From contig NC_086097.1 of NCBI RefSeq assembly GCF_963921235.1, positions 215,948,001 through 216,012,000 of the forward strand: DNA of 64,000 nt, given 5' to 3'. Source of the stretch: Mobula hypostoma (taxonomy: Eukaryota). Below the pieces are notes generated by a model that was not told the DNA's origin, did not search any database, and saw only the letters and a program-made list of their open reading frames with translations. The translations under genes and the position numbers were made by a program. This document shows, in pieces, positions 25,036 through 38,540 of this stretch (position 1 is the first letter of the stretch; each line of letters begins with the position of its first letter).

Positions 25036-26252
25036 CATAAGATAATAAGACCCAGGAGCAGAATTAGGCCACCCAGCCAAACGAGTCTACTCCTCCATTC
25101 CTTCATGACAGACTTATTATCCCTCTCAACCCCATTTTCCTGCTTTCTCCCTGTAACCTTCGATGCCCTAATTAATCAAGAACCTATCAACCTCTGCCAT
25201 AAATACACCCAATGACTTGGCCTGCACAACTGTGACAAAGAATTCCACAGATTCACCATCCCCTGCCTAAAGAAAATTTTCCTAATCTCTGTTCTAAACA
25301 GACATTCCTCAGTTTTGAAGCTGTGCCCTCTGGTCCTAGCCTCCCCACGACAGGAAACATCCTCTCCACATATACTCTATCTGGACCTTTCAATATTTGA
25401 CAGGGACCTCCCTCTCATTCTTCTAAACTCCAGCAAGCACTGGCCCAGAGCCAGAAAATACTCCTCAAAGGTTAACACTTTCATTCCCGGAATTCTCGTG
25501 AAACTTCTTTGGACTCTCTCCAATGCCCACACATCCTTTCTTACATAAGGGACCTAAAGCTGCTCATCATACTCTTAAGTGCAGTATGACCAATGCCTTC
25601 TAAAGCCTCAGCACTACATCCTTGCTTTGTATTCTAGTCCTCTCGAAATGAATGCTAACATTGCATTTGCCTTCCTTACCATTGACTCAACCTGCAAACT
25701 AACCTTTAGGGAATCCTGCATGAGGACTTCCAAGTCCCTCTGCACTTCTGATCTTTGAATTTTCTCTCCATTTAAATAATAGTTCACACTTTTATTCCTT
25801 CTGGTAAAGTACATGGCCTACATTATATTCCATCTATCACTTTTTTGCCCATTCCCCCAATCTCTCCAAATCCTTCTGCAGACACTCTGCTTCCCCAACA
25901 CTACCTACCCATCCATCAATCTTCGTATCGCCCTCAAACTTGGCCACAAAGCCATCAATACCAACCCCTGCAGCACACCTCTAGCCACTGGCAGCCAACC
26001 TGAAAAGGCCCCCTTTTTGCCTCCAGCAAGTTAGCCAATCGTCTATCCATTCTAGTAACTTTCCTGTAATTGGCTCTTATTTTGTTAAGCAGCTCCTTGT
26101 CAAAGACCTTCTGAAAATCCAAATAAACAACATCCAGTGACTGTTTGTCTACCCTGCTTGTTATTTCCTCAAAGAATTCAACAGATTTTTCAGGCAAGAT
26201 TTTCCTTGAAGGAAACCATGCTGACTTTGACCTATTATATAATGTGCCTCCA
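25036..26252 (-). mobile_element. CR1 LINE, decayed RT region plus 3' end
   Basis: EFFEEITSRVDK..DVVYLDFQKVFDK and NAMLAFISRGLEYK. Confidence 0.9.
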
Positions 26253-26340
26253 TGCAGTGGTGCAGTGCTAGCCGGAGCACGTCCAACACCTCTTTAAGAA
26301 AAAAGCCAAAATAAACAAGCTAATTAATTAAGTGCCACCC

Positions 26341-26452
26341 AGGGTGATTTGAGTATCTCAGAAACTGCTATTCTCCTGGGATTTTTATGCACAACAGACT
26401 TTGGAGTTTACAAAGAATGGTGCCAAAAACAAAAAAAACATCCAGTGAGTGG
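26341..26452 (+). mobile_element. Tc1-like transposase N-terminal (HTH) remnant
   Basis: LSISETAILLGFLCTTDFGVYKEWCQKQK resembles the Tc1-family LSISETADLLGFSRTTVSRVYREW motif (recalled, not searched). No TIRs seen. Confidence 0.65.
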
Positions 26453-26474
26453 ATTTAACAAGATGTTTTCGCTT

Positions 26475-26893
26475 ACAGAACAGCCACTGGGGATGGAGGG
26501 AATGGAGTTTTTACAAGTAATAGGGTGGGAGGAGGTATAGTCCAGGTATCTATGAGAGTCCATGGGTTTGTAATAGACATCAGTAGATAAGCTGTCTCCA
26601 GAGATAGTGATAGAGAGATTGAGAAAGGGGAGGGAGGTGTTGGAAATGGAGCAGATAAATTTGAGGGCAAGGTGGAAGCTGGAGGCAAAATGGATTAAGT
26701 CAACGAGACTCCACCCCCACCCCCCCCCAACCTTTTATATCCACTTCTCAGGTTTTTTTCTCCAGTCCTGATGAAGGGTCACTGCCCAAAACATTGACTA
26801 CTTTTTTCCACAGATGCTGCCTGGCCTGCTGAGTTCCTACAGTATTTTGTGTGTGTTGCTTCGACTTCCAGCATCTGCAGATTTTATCTTGTT
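26475..26893. mobile_element. PLE: minus-strand RT C-terminal fragment joined to a plus-strand pseudo-LTR
   Basis: Minus frame ...LPFLNLSITISGDSLSTDVYYKPMDSHRYLDYTSSHP; plus-strand agtcctgatgaagggtcactgcccaaaacattgact at 26764-26799. Confidence 0.85.
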
Positions 26894-27324
26894 TGGAATT
26901 CAAAAAAAAGGGCTAAAAAATCTACCCACTCATCTCCAAAACATTTCTGAGTGCCTTAGCACTCACTGAAAAACTATTTCCAACTACAGTCTGATTTTAC
27001 TTTTCCATAGCTCTTCACTCTTCCTAGCATAAAACTCTCCAACAACAGTGTTACTTATAAATTCTTCAACCTCACTTCCTGGAAAAACTTACTTATATTA
27101 ACTCCATTTCCTCTTGGAATTCTTTACCCATGGAGATTGAGGTCAGGACCACTGCCTACTGCTTGCTATCAGATCATTCCAGCCACTGCTGCTGACTTCT
27201 GTCATTACTGTCAATTATCTGCTCACGTCGAGATTAGTGAGGTCACCCAAACACCACATTCATCTACCTTACCTTCAGTCCAGAGCAGCAGGCAGAACTA
27301 CCACAGGCAAAAATCAGGTGGTAT

Positions 27325-30300
27325 GATAACACAGGGCTGAGGAAGAGGAAAACAGAAGTAAATCAAAGATAGTGTGCAACAGAGATGATAGAAAGGACAG
27401 GCAGGAGTTGAAGCATAATCACAGCCAGTGGGATGAGTTACAGGGCAATAGAGGCGTGGCGCAGTTAAAACAAAAAGCAACAAATACTAGACTGAAAGTG
27501 TTGTACTTGAATGCATGCAGCACAAGAAATAAAATGGACGATCTTGAAATTCAGCTACAGATTGGCAAGTATGATGTTGTGGCCATCTCTGAAACCTGGC
27601 TAAAGGATGGCTGCCATTGGGAGTTGAATGTCCAAGGATATACGGTGTATCGGAAAGATAGGCTAGTAGGCGGCGGGGCGGGGGGGGGTGGCCCTGTGTA
27701 TAAGAAATAATATTAAATCATTAGAAAGGGTTGACATAGGATCAGAAGTTGTAAAGTCTCTATGGGTTGAGTTAAGAAAGGGCAAGGGTAAAAGGACCCT
27801 AATAGCAGTTGTATACAGGCCTCCAAACAGCAGCCAGGATGTGGATTACAAATAAAAGCATGAGATAAAAAAGGCGTGTCAGAAGGTCAATGTCATGATA
27901 ATCGTTGGGGATTTTAACATGAAAGTGGATTGGGAAAACCAGGTCAGTACTGGACCGCAAGAAAGAGAATTTGTAGAATGTCCAAGGGATGGCTTTTTAG
28001 AACAGCTTGTTGTTGAGCCCACTAGGGAATTGGCTGTGCTGGATTGGGTATTGTGCAATGATCCAGAGGTGATAAGAGAGTTTAAGGTTAAGAGCTTAAG
28101 CTTAGGGAACAGTGACCTCAGTATGATCGAGTTCACTTTGAAATTTAAGGAGAAACTAACTTCCAATGTGTCGGTATTAATAAAGGAAATTACAATGGCA
28201 TGCGAGGGGAACTGGCCAAGATTGACTGGAAAGAGACACTAGCAGGAAGGACAGCAGAGCAGCAATGGCTGGAGTTTCTGCGAAAAATGAGGGAAGTGCA
28301 AGACAGATATATTCCAATTAAGAAGAAATTTTTGAATGGAAGAAGGACACGACCATGGCTGACAAGTGAAGTCAGAGCCAAAGTAAAAGCAAAAGAGAGG
28401 GCATACAAGGAGTCCAAAGCTAGTGGGAAGATAAAGGATTGAGAAACTTTTAAAAACTTGCAAAAGGAAACTAAGAAGGTCAATAGGAAGGAAAAGATGA
28501 ATTATGAAAGGAAGCTGGCGACTAATATCAAAGAAGATAATAAAAGCTTTTCTAAGTATAAAAAGGGTAAACGAGAGTTGAGGGTACATATAGGACCAAT
28601 AGAAAATGATGCTGGAGATATTGTAATGAGAGACGCAGAGATTGCAGAGGAACTGAATGTGTATTTTGCATCAGTCTTCACAGTAGAAGACCTCTGCAGT
28701 ATACCAGACACTCAAGAGTGTCAGGGAAGTGAAGTATGTGCAGTGAAAGTTATGACTGAGAAACTGCTCAGAAAGCTTACTGGTCTGAGGGTGGATAAAT
28801 CTCCTGGACCTGATGGAATGCACCCTCGGGTTCTGAAGGAAGCAGCTGGAGAGAGATTGCGGAGGCATTAACAATGATCTTTCAAGAATTGATAGATTCT
28901 GGCATTGTACTAGATGACTGAAAAATTGCAAATGTTACTCTGCTATTTAAGAAGGGTGGGAGGCAGCAGAAAGGAAACTATAGACCTGTTAGCTTGACAT
29001 CAGTGGTTGGAAAGTTGTTGGGATCCATTGTTAAGGATGAAATTACAAAATACCAGGAGGCACATGACAAGATAAGCGAAAGCCAACATGATTTCCTGAA
29101 AGGAAAATCCTGCCTGACTAACCTACTGCAATTTTTTGAGGAAATTACAAGTAGGCTAGACAAAGGAGATGCAGTAGATGTAATATACTTGGATTTTCAG
29201 AAGGCGTTTGACAAGGTGCCACACGTGAGGCTGCTTAGCAAGATAAAAGCCCATGGAATTACAGGGGAGTTATTAGCATGGGTGGAGCATTGGCTGATTG
29301 GCACAAAACAGAGAGTGGGAATAAAGGGATCCTATTCCAACTGGCTGCTGGTTACCAGTGGAGTTCCACAGGGGTCGGTGTTGGGACCACCACTTTATAC
29401 CATGTATGTCAATGATTTGGACTATGGAGTTAATGGATTTGTGGCTAAATTTGCCGATGATTCAAAGATAGATGGAGAAATGGGTAGTGTTGAGGAAACA
29501 GAGAGCCTGCAGAGAGACTTAGATAGTTTAGGGGAATCGTCAAAGAAGTGGCAAATGAAATACAATGTTGGAAAGTGTATGGTCATGCACTTTGGTGGAA
29601 GAAATAAACGGGCAGACTATTATTTAGATGGGGAGAGAATGCAAAGTGCAGAGATGCAAAAGGACTCGGGAGTCCTTGTGCAGGATACTCTAAAGGTTAA
29701 CCTCCAGGTTGAGTTGGTGGTTGAAGAACGTGAATGCAACATTGGCATTCATTTCTAGAGGTATAGAATATAAGAGCAGGGATGTGATGTTGAGGCTCTA
29801 TAAGGCACTCGTGAGACCACACTTGGGAGTATTTTGTGCAGTTTTGGGCTCCTTATTTTAGAAAGGATATACTGACATTGGAGAGGGTTCAGAGATTCAC
29901 AAGATGATTCCAGGACTGAAAGGGTTACCATATGAGGGACGTCTGGCAGCTCTTGGGCTGTATTCCCTGGAGTTCAGGAGAATGAGAGGGGATCTCATAG
30001 AAGTATTCTGAATGTTAAAAGCCCTGAACAGACTAGATATGGCAAAGTTATTTCCCATGGTAGGGGAGTCTAGGACAAGAGGACTCGACTTCAGGATTGA
30101 AGGACGTCCACTTAGAACAGAGATGCAGAGAAATTACTTTAGTCAGAGGGTGGTAAATCTGTGAAATTTGTTGCCACAAGTGGTTGTGGAGGCCAAGTCA
30201 TTGGGTGCATTTAAGGCAGAGATAGATAGGTTCTTGATTAGCCAGTGCATCAAAGGGAGTGGGGAAAAGGTAGGGGAGTAGGGATGACTGGAAGAATTGA

Positions 30301-30375
30301 ATCAGCCTATGCTTGAATGGCAGAGCAGACTTGATGGGCCGAAAGGCCTACGTCCCTCCCTATATCTAATAGTCT
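27325..30375 (+). mobile_element. CR1 LINE with near-complete but disrupted ORF2 (APE endonuclease plus RT)
   Basis: LKVLYLNACSTRNK..VAISETWL, IVGDFN, SPGPDGMHPRVLKE, YLDFQKAFDKVPH, SGVPQGSVLGP and KFADDSK, with several stops and frameshifts. The 5' boundary is approximate. Confidence 0.97.
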
Positions 30376-30589
30376 CAATTGCAAAAAATCATGTTCCTTT
30401 AACAGCTATCTAGAAAGATAGTATCTTCAGTATTACACTGCAACAACTGAAAACCTGAAATACATTGGGGAAATGTGACCATATCATTTTTGTGGCGCTT
30501 TACAGAGAGAAACTCAAGAACACTTTTCTGCTGGTCCTTCTTTTGAAATTCTTGTGCTTTACACAAACAGAGTCCCTTGACACCATGAC

Positions 30590-30750
30590 AAAAAAAAAAT
30601 CAGAACCAGGTTTATAATCTCTGACATACTGTATATTGCAAAACTTCCTGTTTTGTGGCAGTCCCCCCCCAAGGTGTAAAAAAATACTGTAATTACTGTT
30701 ACAGAAAAAAATAAATAGTGCAAAAGAGAAATAGTGAGGTAGACGTCATT
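30590..30750 (-). mobile_element. LINE 3' tail fragment (aatcagaa-type)
   Basis: aatcagaaccaggtttataatc...aaataaatagtgcaaaa, similar to 63650-63790. Confidence 0.55.
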
Positions 30751-30754
30751 CACA

Positions 30755-31030
30755 ATTCTAATGGTATACAGCTCAGGGCAGTAGAGTTCAATCCCAGCAT
30801 CCTCTGTAAGAAGTTTGTACGTCTTCCCTCTGGAACGTGTGGGTTTTCTCCTGGTGCTCTGGTTTCTTCCCACCGTCCAAAACCATACTGCTCAGTAGGT
30901 TAATTGGCCATTGTAAATTGTCCTGTGATTAGGCTAGGGCTAAATGGGGGAGGGGTGTTTTCTGGGCAGTGTGCCTCAAAGCGATGTACCTCCAAATAGA
31001 TAGATAGATAGACAGACTGAAATAAAATAA
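30755..31030 (+). mobile_element. V-SINE/HE1-like SINE with (GATA/GACA)n tail
   Basis: B-box-like gagttcaatccc; core gggttttctcctggtgctctggtttcttcccac; ttaattggccattgtaaattgtcc. Confidence 0.85.
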
Positions 31031-31159
31031 AGAAGCTGTTCCTAAAATATTGAGTGTGTGTCTCAACATTTGAAACACTTTCAAAAAAATGGCATGGAGT
31101 TATTTGAAATACATTTTCTTTGAAGAATTTGTACATTTTCATTCTTCATCTGAGGCATA

Positions 31160-32438
31160 ATATGATTAGGAACAGTCAGCATGGCTTTGTCAAAGGCAGG
31201 TCGTACCTTAAAAGCTTGATTGAATTTTGAAGGTAGATTGAACATTGATCAAGGTAGAGCAGTAGATGTAGTGTATATGCATTTCAGCAAGGCATTTGAT
31301 AAGGTACCCCATGCAAGACTTATTGAGAAAGTAAGGAGGCATGGGATGCAAGGGGACATTGCTTTGTGGATCCAGAACTGGCTTGCCCACGGAAGGCAAA
31401 GAGTGGTTGCCGAGGGGTAATTTTCTGCATGGATGTCAGTGACCAGTGGTGTGCCTCAGGGATCTATTCTGGGACTCCTATTCTTCGTGATTTTTATAAA
31501 TGACCTGGATAAGGAAGTAGAGGGATGAGTTAGTAAATTTTCTGATGACACCAAGGTTGGGGGCGTTGTGGATAGTGTGGAGGGCTGTCAGAGGTTACAA
31601 CAGGACATTGATAAGATGCATAACTGGGCTGAGAAGTGGCAGATGGAGTTCAACCCAGATAAGTGTGAAGTGGTTCATTTTGGTAGGTCAAATATGATAG
31701 CAGAATATAGTATTAATGGTAAGACTCTTGGCAGTGTGGAGGATCAGAGGGATCTTGGGGTCCGAGTCCATAGGACACTCAAAGCTGCTGTGCAGGTTGA
31801 CTCTGTGGTTAAGAAGGCATATGGTGCATTGGCCTTCATTAATCATGGGCTTTACTTTAGGAGACAAGAGGTAATGTTGCAGCTATATAGGACCCTGGTC
31901 AGACCCCACTTGGAGTACTGTGCTCAGTTCTGGTCGCCTCACCACAGGAAGGATGTGGAAACCATAGAAAGGGTGCAGAGGAGATTTACAAAGATGTTGC
32001 CTAGATTGGGGAGCATGTCTTATGAGATTAGGTTAAGTGAACCCAGCCTTTTCTCCTTGGAGCGACGGAGGCGACCTGATAGAGGTGTACAAGATGATGA
32101 GAGGCATTGATCATGTGGATAGTCAGAGGCTTTTTCCCAGGGCTGAAATGGTTATCACGAGAGGGCACAGTTTCAAGGTGCTTAGAAGTAGGTATAGAGG
32201 AGATGTCAAGGGTAAGTTTTTTACACTGAGAGTGGTGAGTGCGTGGAATGGGCTGCCAGCGACAGTGGTGAAGGCAGATAGGATAGGGACTTTTAAGAGA
32301 CACCTGGACAGGTACATGGAGCTTAGAAAATTAGAGGGCTATGGGTAACCCTCGGTAATTTCTAAGGTAAGGACATGTTCGGTACAGCTTTGTGGACTGA
32401 AGGGCCTGTATTGTGCTGTAGGTTTTCTATGTTTCTAT
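31160..32438 (+). mobile_element. CR1 LINE, 5'-truncated
   Basis: VDVVYMHFSKAFDKVPH, WQMEFNPDKCEVVHFG, LYRTLVRPHLEYCAQFWSP; tail ttttctatgtttcta. Confidence 0.97.
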
Positions 32439-35400
32439 CGGTGAATACTGGTGGTTAACTTGTTATTAGAAACCTGCCGGTGCCTGTCGTTAGCCATCCA
32501 TGATAAGTTACCCTGGATCACATTGTCTCAAATCTGCTTGATTTCTCCTCTCAGTAAAATATGGCCCTCTAAAATGAGATTAGTCACGGACTGCCTGACT
32601 TTTCTTGTACAGTGTTAACAAACTGCTCAAACCAATGTCAGAATTATTGGAATAATCTAAGTAAAATCTCACTACCCAAATAGCAAAACACATGTTTGAA
32701 TTTTGTGGCCTTTACCTGATTTTTACATCTTATGTACTCGGGCATGGATTTAATGAGAACCTTAATCATTACTTCTTGAATAGACATCAGCAACATTTTG
32801 CCACATATAGTTTGGCAGATGAAACACTGCTGTACAGCAAGGCCATTCAAATTTGCCAAGTTTGACAAGGATTTCTGCCCTTGCTCAGTCTGGCCTTATT
32901 GATTTGTTCCTGTCACATCAGGGGGTGTTCCCTTTTGCTTTGTTTATTAGTTGGCCAGCTTAAACAGAGAAATAATAAATGATTAATTTCTCGTGCCGAT
33001 CTTTTTCAGCTACAGAAATAGATGGCAAGACATGAAATAATTTCAGCAAACAATACAGACATTTACATCCCATCTGTGAAGGTGACTTATACTACATGCA
33101 GAACAACCCATTTTGATTAATCACAAGATATTTACTGGCTCAAATCTAATCAAAGATCATGGGATCACGGGGTTTTACTAATATACATCCAAGGAAAATT
33201 TACGCAGCCACATTAACCCTGTGTTTGCTGAATTTCTTTCCTATAAAGGAATTACATTTATTTTATTTTAAACGGTATTATTAATAACTTAGCATTTTAA
33301 GCTTTCCCCCATTTTGTTTTTTGCTTTCTTATGTTATATTCCATTCCCCAGCTGAGAACATAGGCATTTGATCTGATGCAAGAACACCTGCTTTGGGTCG
33401 AAAAATACCAATTCTTGCTGAGTATTCAGAGAGTTAAATCTGGGTAAAATAGAAATAAAACAAGGTCTAATCCTAGATTATAAACCAAATCATCAAATCT
33501 TGACCTATGACAATTTACACCATATCCTCAATTATGCCTTCAAAGCTGATAAAGGATAATGAAAACCCACCAATTATTTACAAAATTAAGTGCCTGTGTG
33601 CGTCTGCTTTCACTTCATGAACAGACCATTATATTGAATAGATAACATCATGACAAATATTTAGATAGGCTTTTTGTCATATTCTAATTTAATGCACCTA
33701 ATTGTACCCTCTACGCTCTGTCATTCGGTCAAAATCTGTATTCTTCACTGTGTTTCCGCGGGGTAAATAAAGACGCAACTCAAAAATCCAGGGCAAAATT
33801 AACTTAATGCTCCAGGTCCATGAACTCACATCAGAGAGACGTTTCACTATTATGGAGACGCAAGGGTCATCGTTTACTTCAGACACGTTTAGATCAGCAG
33901 TGATAGGCTTAACACTATTAAACACCATGTCAAAGAATGAGTGTAGCAAAGGAGAAAATTTAACGCTAATTCATCTTATGATACTCACTTAGCAAAGAAA
34001 TAGGGCTCAATTTTCATCCTTTTACAAACAAGAGATTCTGATGCCATTAAGTGTCAAGAAATACAAAGCGACATGCATGCAGCCTCATGAGAACATTCCA
34101 GTATATCCCAAAGAAACTGCCACTTCTCATGTACTGTAGATTATTTCCTACTCAGAAATGTGTCCTCTAAATAAAATGAACTGCTTATTAAAATATGCAT
34201 TTTCATTCTCTTATTCATGTAATTATCTCCTATTTTAATGTCACAATGAAAGCAATTCACAAAAAATGTTTTGCAATGTCTGATTGTTTGCCAATATGAG
34301 AAAGCATTAATCCAAATCTGTCTGGAAGAATTCTGCAACTGATTACCCCATAGATACTGTGTACTGTGCATGGAACCTCATCTTTCCCTGGCCTCCAAGC
34401 ATGTCTACCCAGTAGCATTTTGTGATTGGAATCCAGTACCTAGACTAGTCTTCACAGTACAAAATACCAGCAGAGGACACTTACCCTGGGGATCATGCAG
34501 AAACATCTTTCCATTGAGTTGCCAATGATTCAGATACGCACTTTCAGAAGTTCCACAGAAAAATTGTAGAGGATTTAAAGAATTCAGGAGCTGATTATTT
34601 AGTCCATATTTTCCTGTCTCTTATTTCTGCTGCTATGTATTAATTAGTTACATATGTATTGAGTTCACAATATTTCAGGGTATAATTTTAATTAAGCCAC
34701 TACTCTAATTCATACTCAAAATTTCAGCCGTGAAAAAAAGAAGCCTACTGCCATCAAGGAAGAACACCATGTGAGCGCACAAAGAAGATTCAGCCGTAAT
34801 TTGGAACGAGGCAAGGCTGCCACTGGATTACTGACTCAGGCCACAAGCAAGGCAGGGACTGCCACAAGATCCTCTTCTTCTGAAAGGGCTTTGCACTGCT
34901 GCCAAGGATACACTGGTGCTCCCAACTTAAAGGTAACTCATTAGTGCTATTCTGCTACCTTAATTCGGGTAGGTGAATCAAAGGTCAAGCAGATAAACTC
35001 CTTATTTGGAAGGGCAAAGAAATACCTTGCAAATTAAAAAGTAGAAAGTTAAAAATTATGTATTATTAATTAATTGTTATTAAGGTAATTAATTAGAAGT
35101 TATTAGGTTGCAAGATATCTAAGTGAAAGTCATGTGATTAATCTCGTCTCAAAATTGAACATTCAGCATCAGATCCAAATACCCAAATAGTAACAGCCAC
35201 TCAACAACAGTAATAGTACTTGCACTCAGTGGAATTGAATTTTGGTGAAGTATAATACAGCCCCATTTTATTTTTTCAGACTTTAACACTAAAGTGTGAA
35301 TTTCAAGGTGCACCTTTTTAAAGTGTATTTTGAGTGGAACCTGATTCCTCCACCAACTACTGCTGCCTTACTCTTCAAGATCAGTAACAAAATTGGAACT

Positions 35401-36249
35401 GTGCAATACTATTAGCAAACAAATTGACAGGAAAACATTTGGTCAATCATGCAGCAGCACTATGTTTATTTACACAGGAATAGCTTGCTCATTCTGCCAT
35501 CAGAAACTTTTATTCAGTTGGAATGTTCCTTTTATTGTAAAATACATGGGTCTCTCGAATTCCTTGTAAAATCTTGGACTGGCGTATGAGTCTTCTCAAT
35601 TTGCGTTTTGGAAATCTGCATTTCTCTGCAACCAGACATGATCTTGCTTGATTGCTTCAGTGGTTTCCTAGTTCCCAGCTCCAAAAATTTGGACAACTAT
35701 GCTCAAAGGAATCTGAATCACTGCTGGAATTCGAGAAGTTATTGGGGAACATTCAATACCAGCGAGTGAAAAAAAAACAATATCGCAAATATTAAGTTAT
35801 ATCCCCCCTCTTAAATTTATTTTCTGAACAAGATAGAAAACATTTCAGCTTACATTTTGGGCAACATGTTAAATGACTTGAATTATGAATTGAAATAACA
35901 AATATAGGTGATCTCATGGTGCTTGATAGGGAAATTTCATGATTTTTCATGATCGGCAGCCATAATATACATCAAAAAGAGTTCAGGAAGCAAAATCTGT
36001 GTCATCCATTTTTTTTAATAGGAAGATCTATTAAAAGTGATGATTGAAGGTTGAGATGAAGATCAATCAAGCAAACTGTTTAAAGACCATTCAGCCCTCT
36101 GAGTCTATGGTGCTTCTCAAAACACTCTCATCAGCCCCATTCCGCAACTCATTTCATGTAATCTTTTCTTCCTCACATTTTCATTAACTCCTCCCTGATT
36201 CTCCTGCCATCGTCTATGCTGGGATAATTTCCAGTAGCTAATTAACCAT

Positions 36250-36605
36250 CTGGGTGGCGAGGTGGAGATACATCTCTACCGCAGGCATTCCTTCCCTCCG
36301 CCAGCCCATAGTTTACTCTTGGGCAAGGTGTAGCACCTGCTTAGATCATGTGAAGCCACGGGAGCAGGGACTGGATGGTCATATCAGCAGTTGTTGCAAA
36401 TCACAAGTCCTGGTCATACGACCACTGACATCAGGCAGACAGTCTCTGAAGACTATTGATACTGGTTGGGGTCATCTGTCTTGTAAAGACACTGCCCAGA
36501 AGGCAACAATGTCAAACTGCTTCTGTAGAAAAATTTGCCAAGACAATCATGGTCGAGACCATGATCACCTACATCATACGACACAACACATAACGATGAT
36601 GAATT
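36250..36605 (+). mobile_element. SINE-like repeat with RTE/Sauria-SINE-like 3' region
   Basis: agaaggcaacaatgtcaaactgcttctgtagaaaaatttgccaagacaatcatgg and a short gatgatga tail. The family assignment is recalled similarity only. Confidence 0.45.
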
Positions 36606-37454
36606 GATTACCAAACATACACTAAATCAATGCATGGATCTGGAGCTGAGTTATAAATTCTAAAGACATCTTATATAGTCAGTCATTTAGTATAAAACCC
36701 ATGAAACACAAATATGGCACCAGATTAACATTAAATCTGGCACCTAATTCAGCAAAAGAATCATGCACTTATGAAAACTTGTGTCAGGATAATGTAGCCA
36801 GGTTTTATAATGTGAAGATGGATTACTAATTGTATTATGTTAAATTCCAACTTATAAAGAGTTAAATAGTAACTGAAATAGTAATCTAGTTTCCATATCA
36901 AGGGCAAAGAACTTGGTCAGAGAGGTGACAGAGAAATAACCTTTTGTTTAAGAAGCCTCAGTAAAAATTATTTCTTGGATGATAAATGGCACTATGAGGT
37001 ACTAGGGTATCCACCCCCTCCTTTTCATCTCCCACTTCAGACAAGGCAAGAGCATCTTCCACCAATAAATCAGCTGTGATTTGAGTTGTGGATGAATTAT
37101 TTGTGCAAATATGAAGGTATGATTTATGAGCAGATGGCTCTGTATCATCTGAGAGAGTTTGTTCACCGTCGCAGTTTGGACTGAGTTAGCTTGCTTCCCA
37201 AATTGCAGGGAATAGAGCTTTACAAGAGTAATGTGTTACCTAATACCATTGCAATCACATTGAATTAGCCTAAATTACAACTAATTTTATAAAGCAAATA
37301 ACATAAGTGTTATATAAAGCAAAAGTTTGATATGCCAACACTTCAAAGCACTGTGATTTGATTTCTTGATGCATAATATTTCTTATTACCAGCAATCTCC
37401 TACATATATGAGCAGCCAAATTTGAAAAAGAAACTTTAAAGCTACTTGGGAACA

Positions 37455-37695
37455 GAGTTAAAGATTAGTTTTATTTGTCACATGTATATCAAAACATACA
37501 GTATGTGTTGTTTGCATCATGACCAACAGAGTCAGAAAATGTGCTGGTGGCAGCCCACAAGAGTCGGCATGCTTCCAGGAAACCCATGTGGTCTTAGGGA
37601 ACATGTACAAACTCCTTACAAATGGTGGTGGAAAATGAACCTGGGTCACTGGCGCTGTAAAGCGTTATGCTAACCGCTACGCTACTGTGCCGCTC
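37455..37695 (-). mobile_element. tRNA-derived SINE head fused to a LINE-like tail
   Basis: ggaaacccatgtggtc...acaaactccttac...gaacctgggtcactggcgctgtaaagcgttatgctaaccgctacgctac. Confidence 0.8.
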
Positions 37696-38254
37696 CATAA
37701 TGGCAATGCAATAATGGGCAGTGGGCAGGATTTACAGAGGCAAAATGGGTGTCTTCAGCTAGCGAGAAGTCAAGATGCACTGGAGAAAAACAGGTAGAGA
37801 AATCATCTCGAGTTGTCAAAGAACTCATAGTAACACCTTGGTATTTCCTCATGTTGAAGAAATGAATTGAAAAATTAAGTTTGCTTTGTCTCTGTTCCTC
37901 ACTCCTTCCTCAGTGCTATTTGTCAACTGGGACAAAATACTTTAGACTTCTATATAATTTGGTAGTAAACCTAAAAGTGTCTTGAAAAAGAAGCTTATGT
38001 TTCTGGCAGAAACCTTCACCTCTATGAATGATAGACTGACAACAATGAGACATTTTAAGCACAAGTTTCCGCTGTGAAGCCTTTGAAGGACTTGTGCCAC
38101 AGTTATTAGACTGGAAGCAAATGCTTAATATCTCTACAGAAACCCCTCTGAAATAGAACACCTTTGATACTGTGGCCTGGGTTTTGCTGAAAACCCTTTA
38201 CACACACTAATGGCTGAACAACACTGACTTCAATCAATGACATCATCATGGGAG

Positions 38255-38540
38255 AACCTCTAGTGTACCCAGGTAGAATATGAGGTGCTGTTCCTATAGT
38301 TGGCAGAGGAGGGGGCCGAAATCAGACCCAGTTTGGTGTGGAAATCTGGACAGGAATTAATATGGCTTGCAACTGGGAGCTGCAGATAGCCTTGGCGGAC
38401 AGCACAAGTTCAGATGAAGGATCTTGATCCAAAAGATTTACTTCCATTTGCCTCTATAGATCCAGCCTGACCCACTGAATTCCTCCAGCAGTTTGTATTT
38501 TGGTCCAGATTCTAACATCTACAGTCTTTTGTGTCTCAAA
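38255..38540. mobile_element. Old PLE: inverted GIY-YIG fragment plus pseudo-LTR
   Basis: gtacccaggtagaatatgaggtgctgttcc (minus: EQHLIFYLGTL) followed by cagatgaaggatcttgatccaaaa and the pLTR tail. Confidence 0.7.

Noticed and set aside
28994..29758. 254-aa reverse transcriptase ORF as an active or domesticated gene, or a retron/DGR-like system
   Set aside because: It is one segment of a CR1 ORF2 with multiple stops and frameshifts, in a eukaryotic intronic context.
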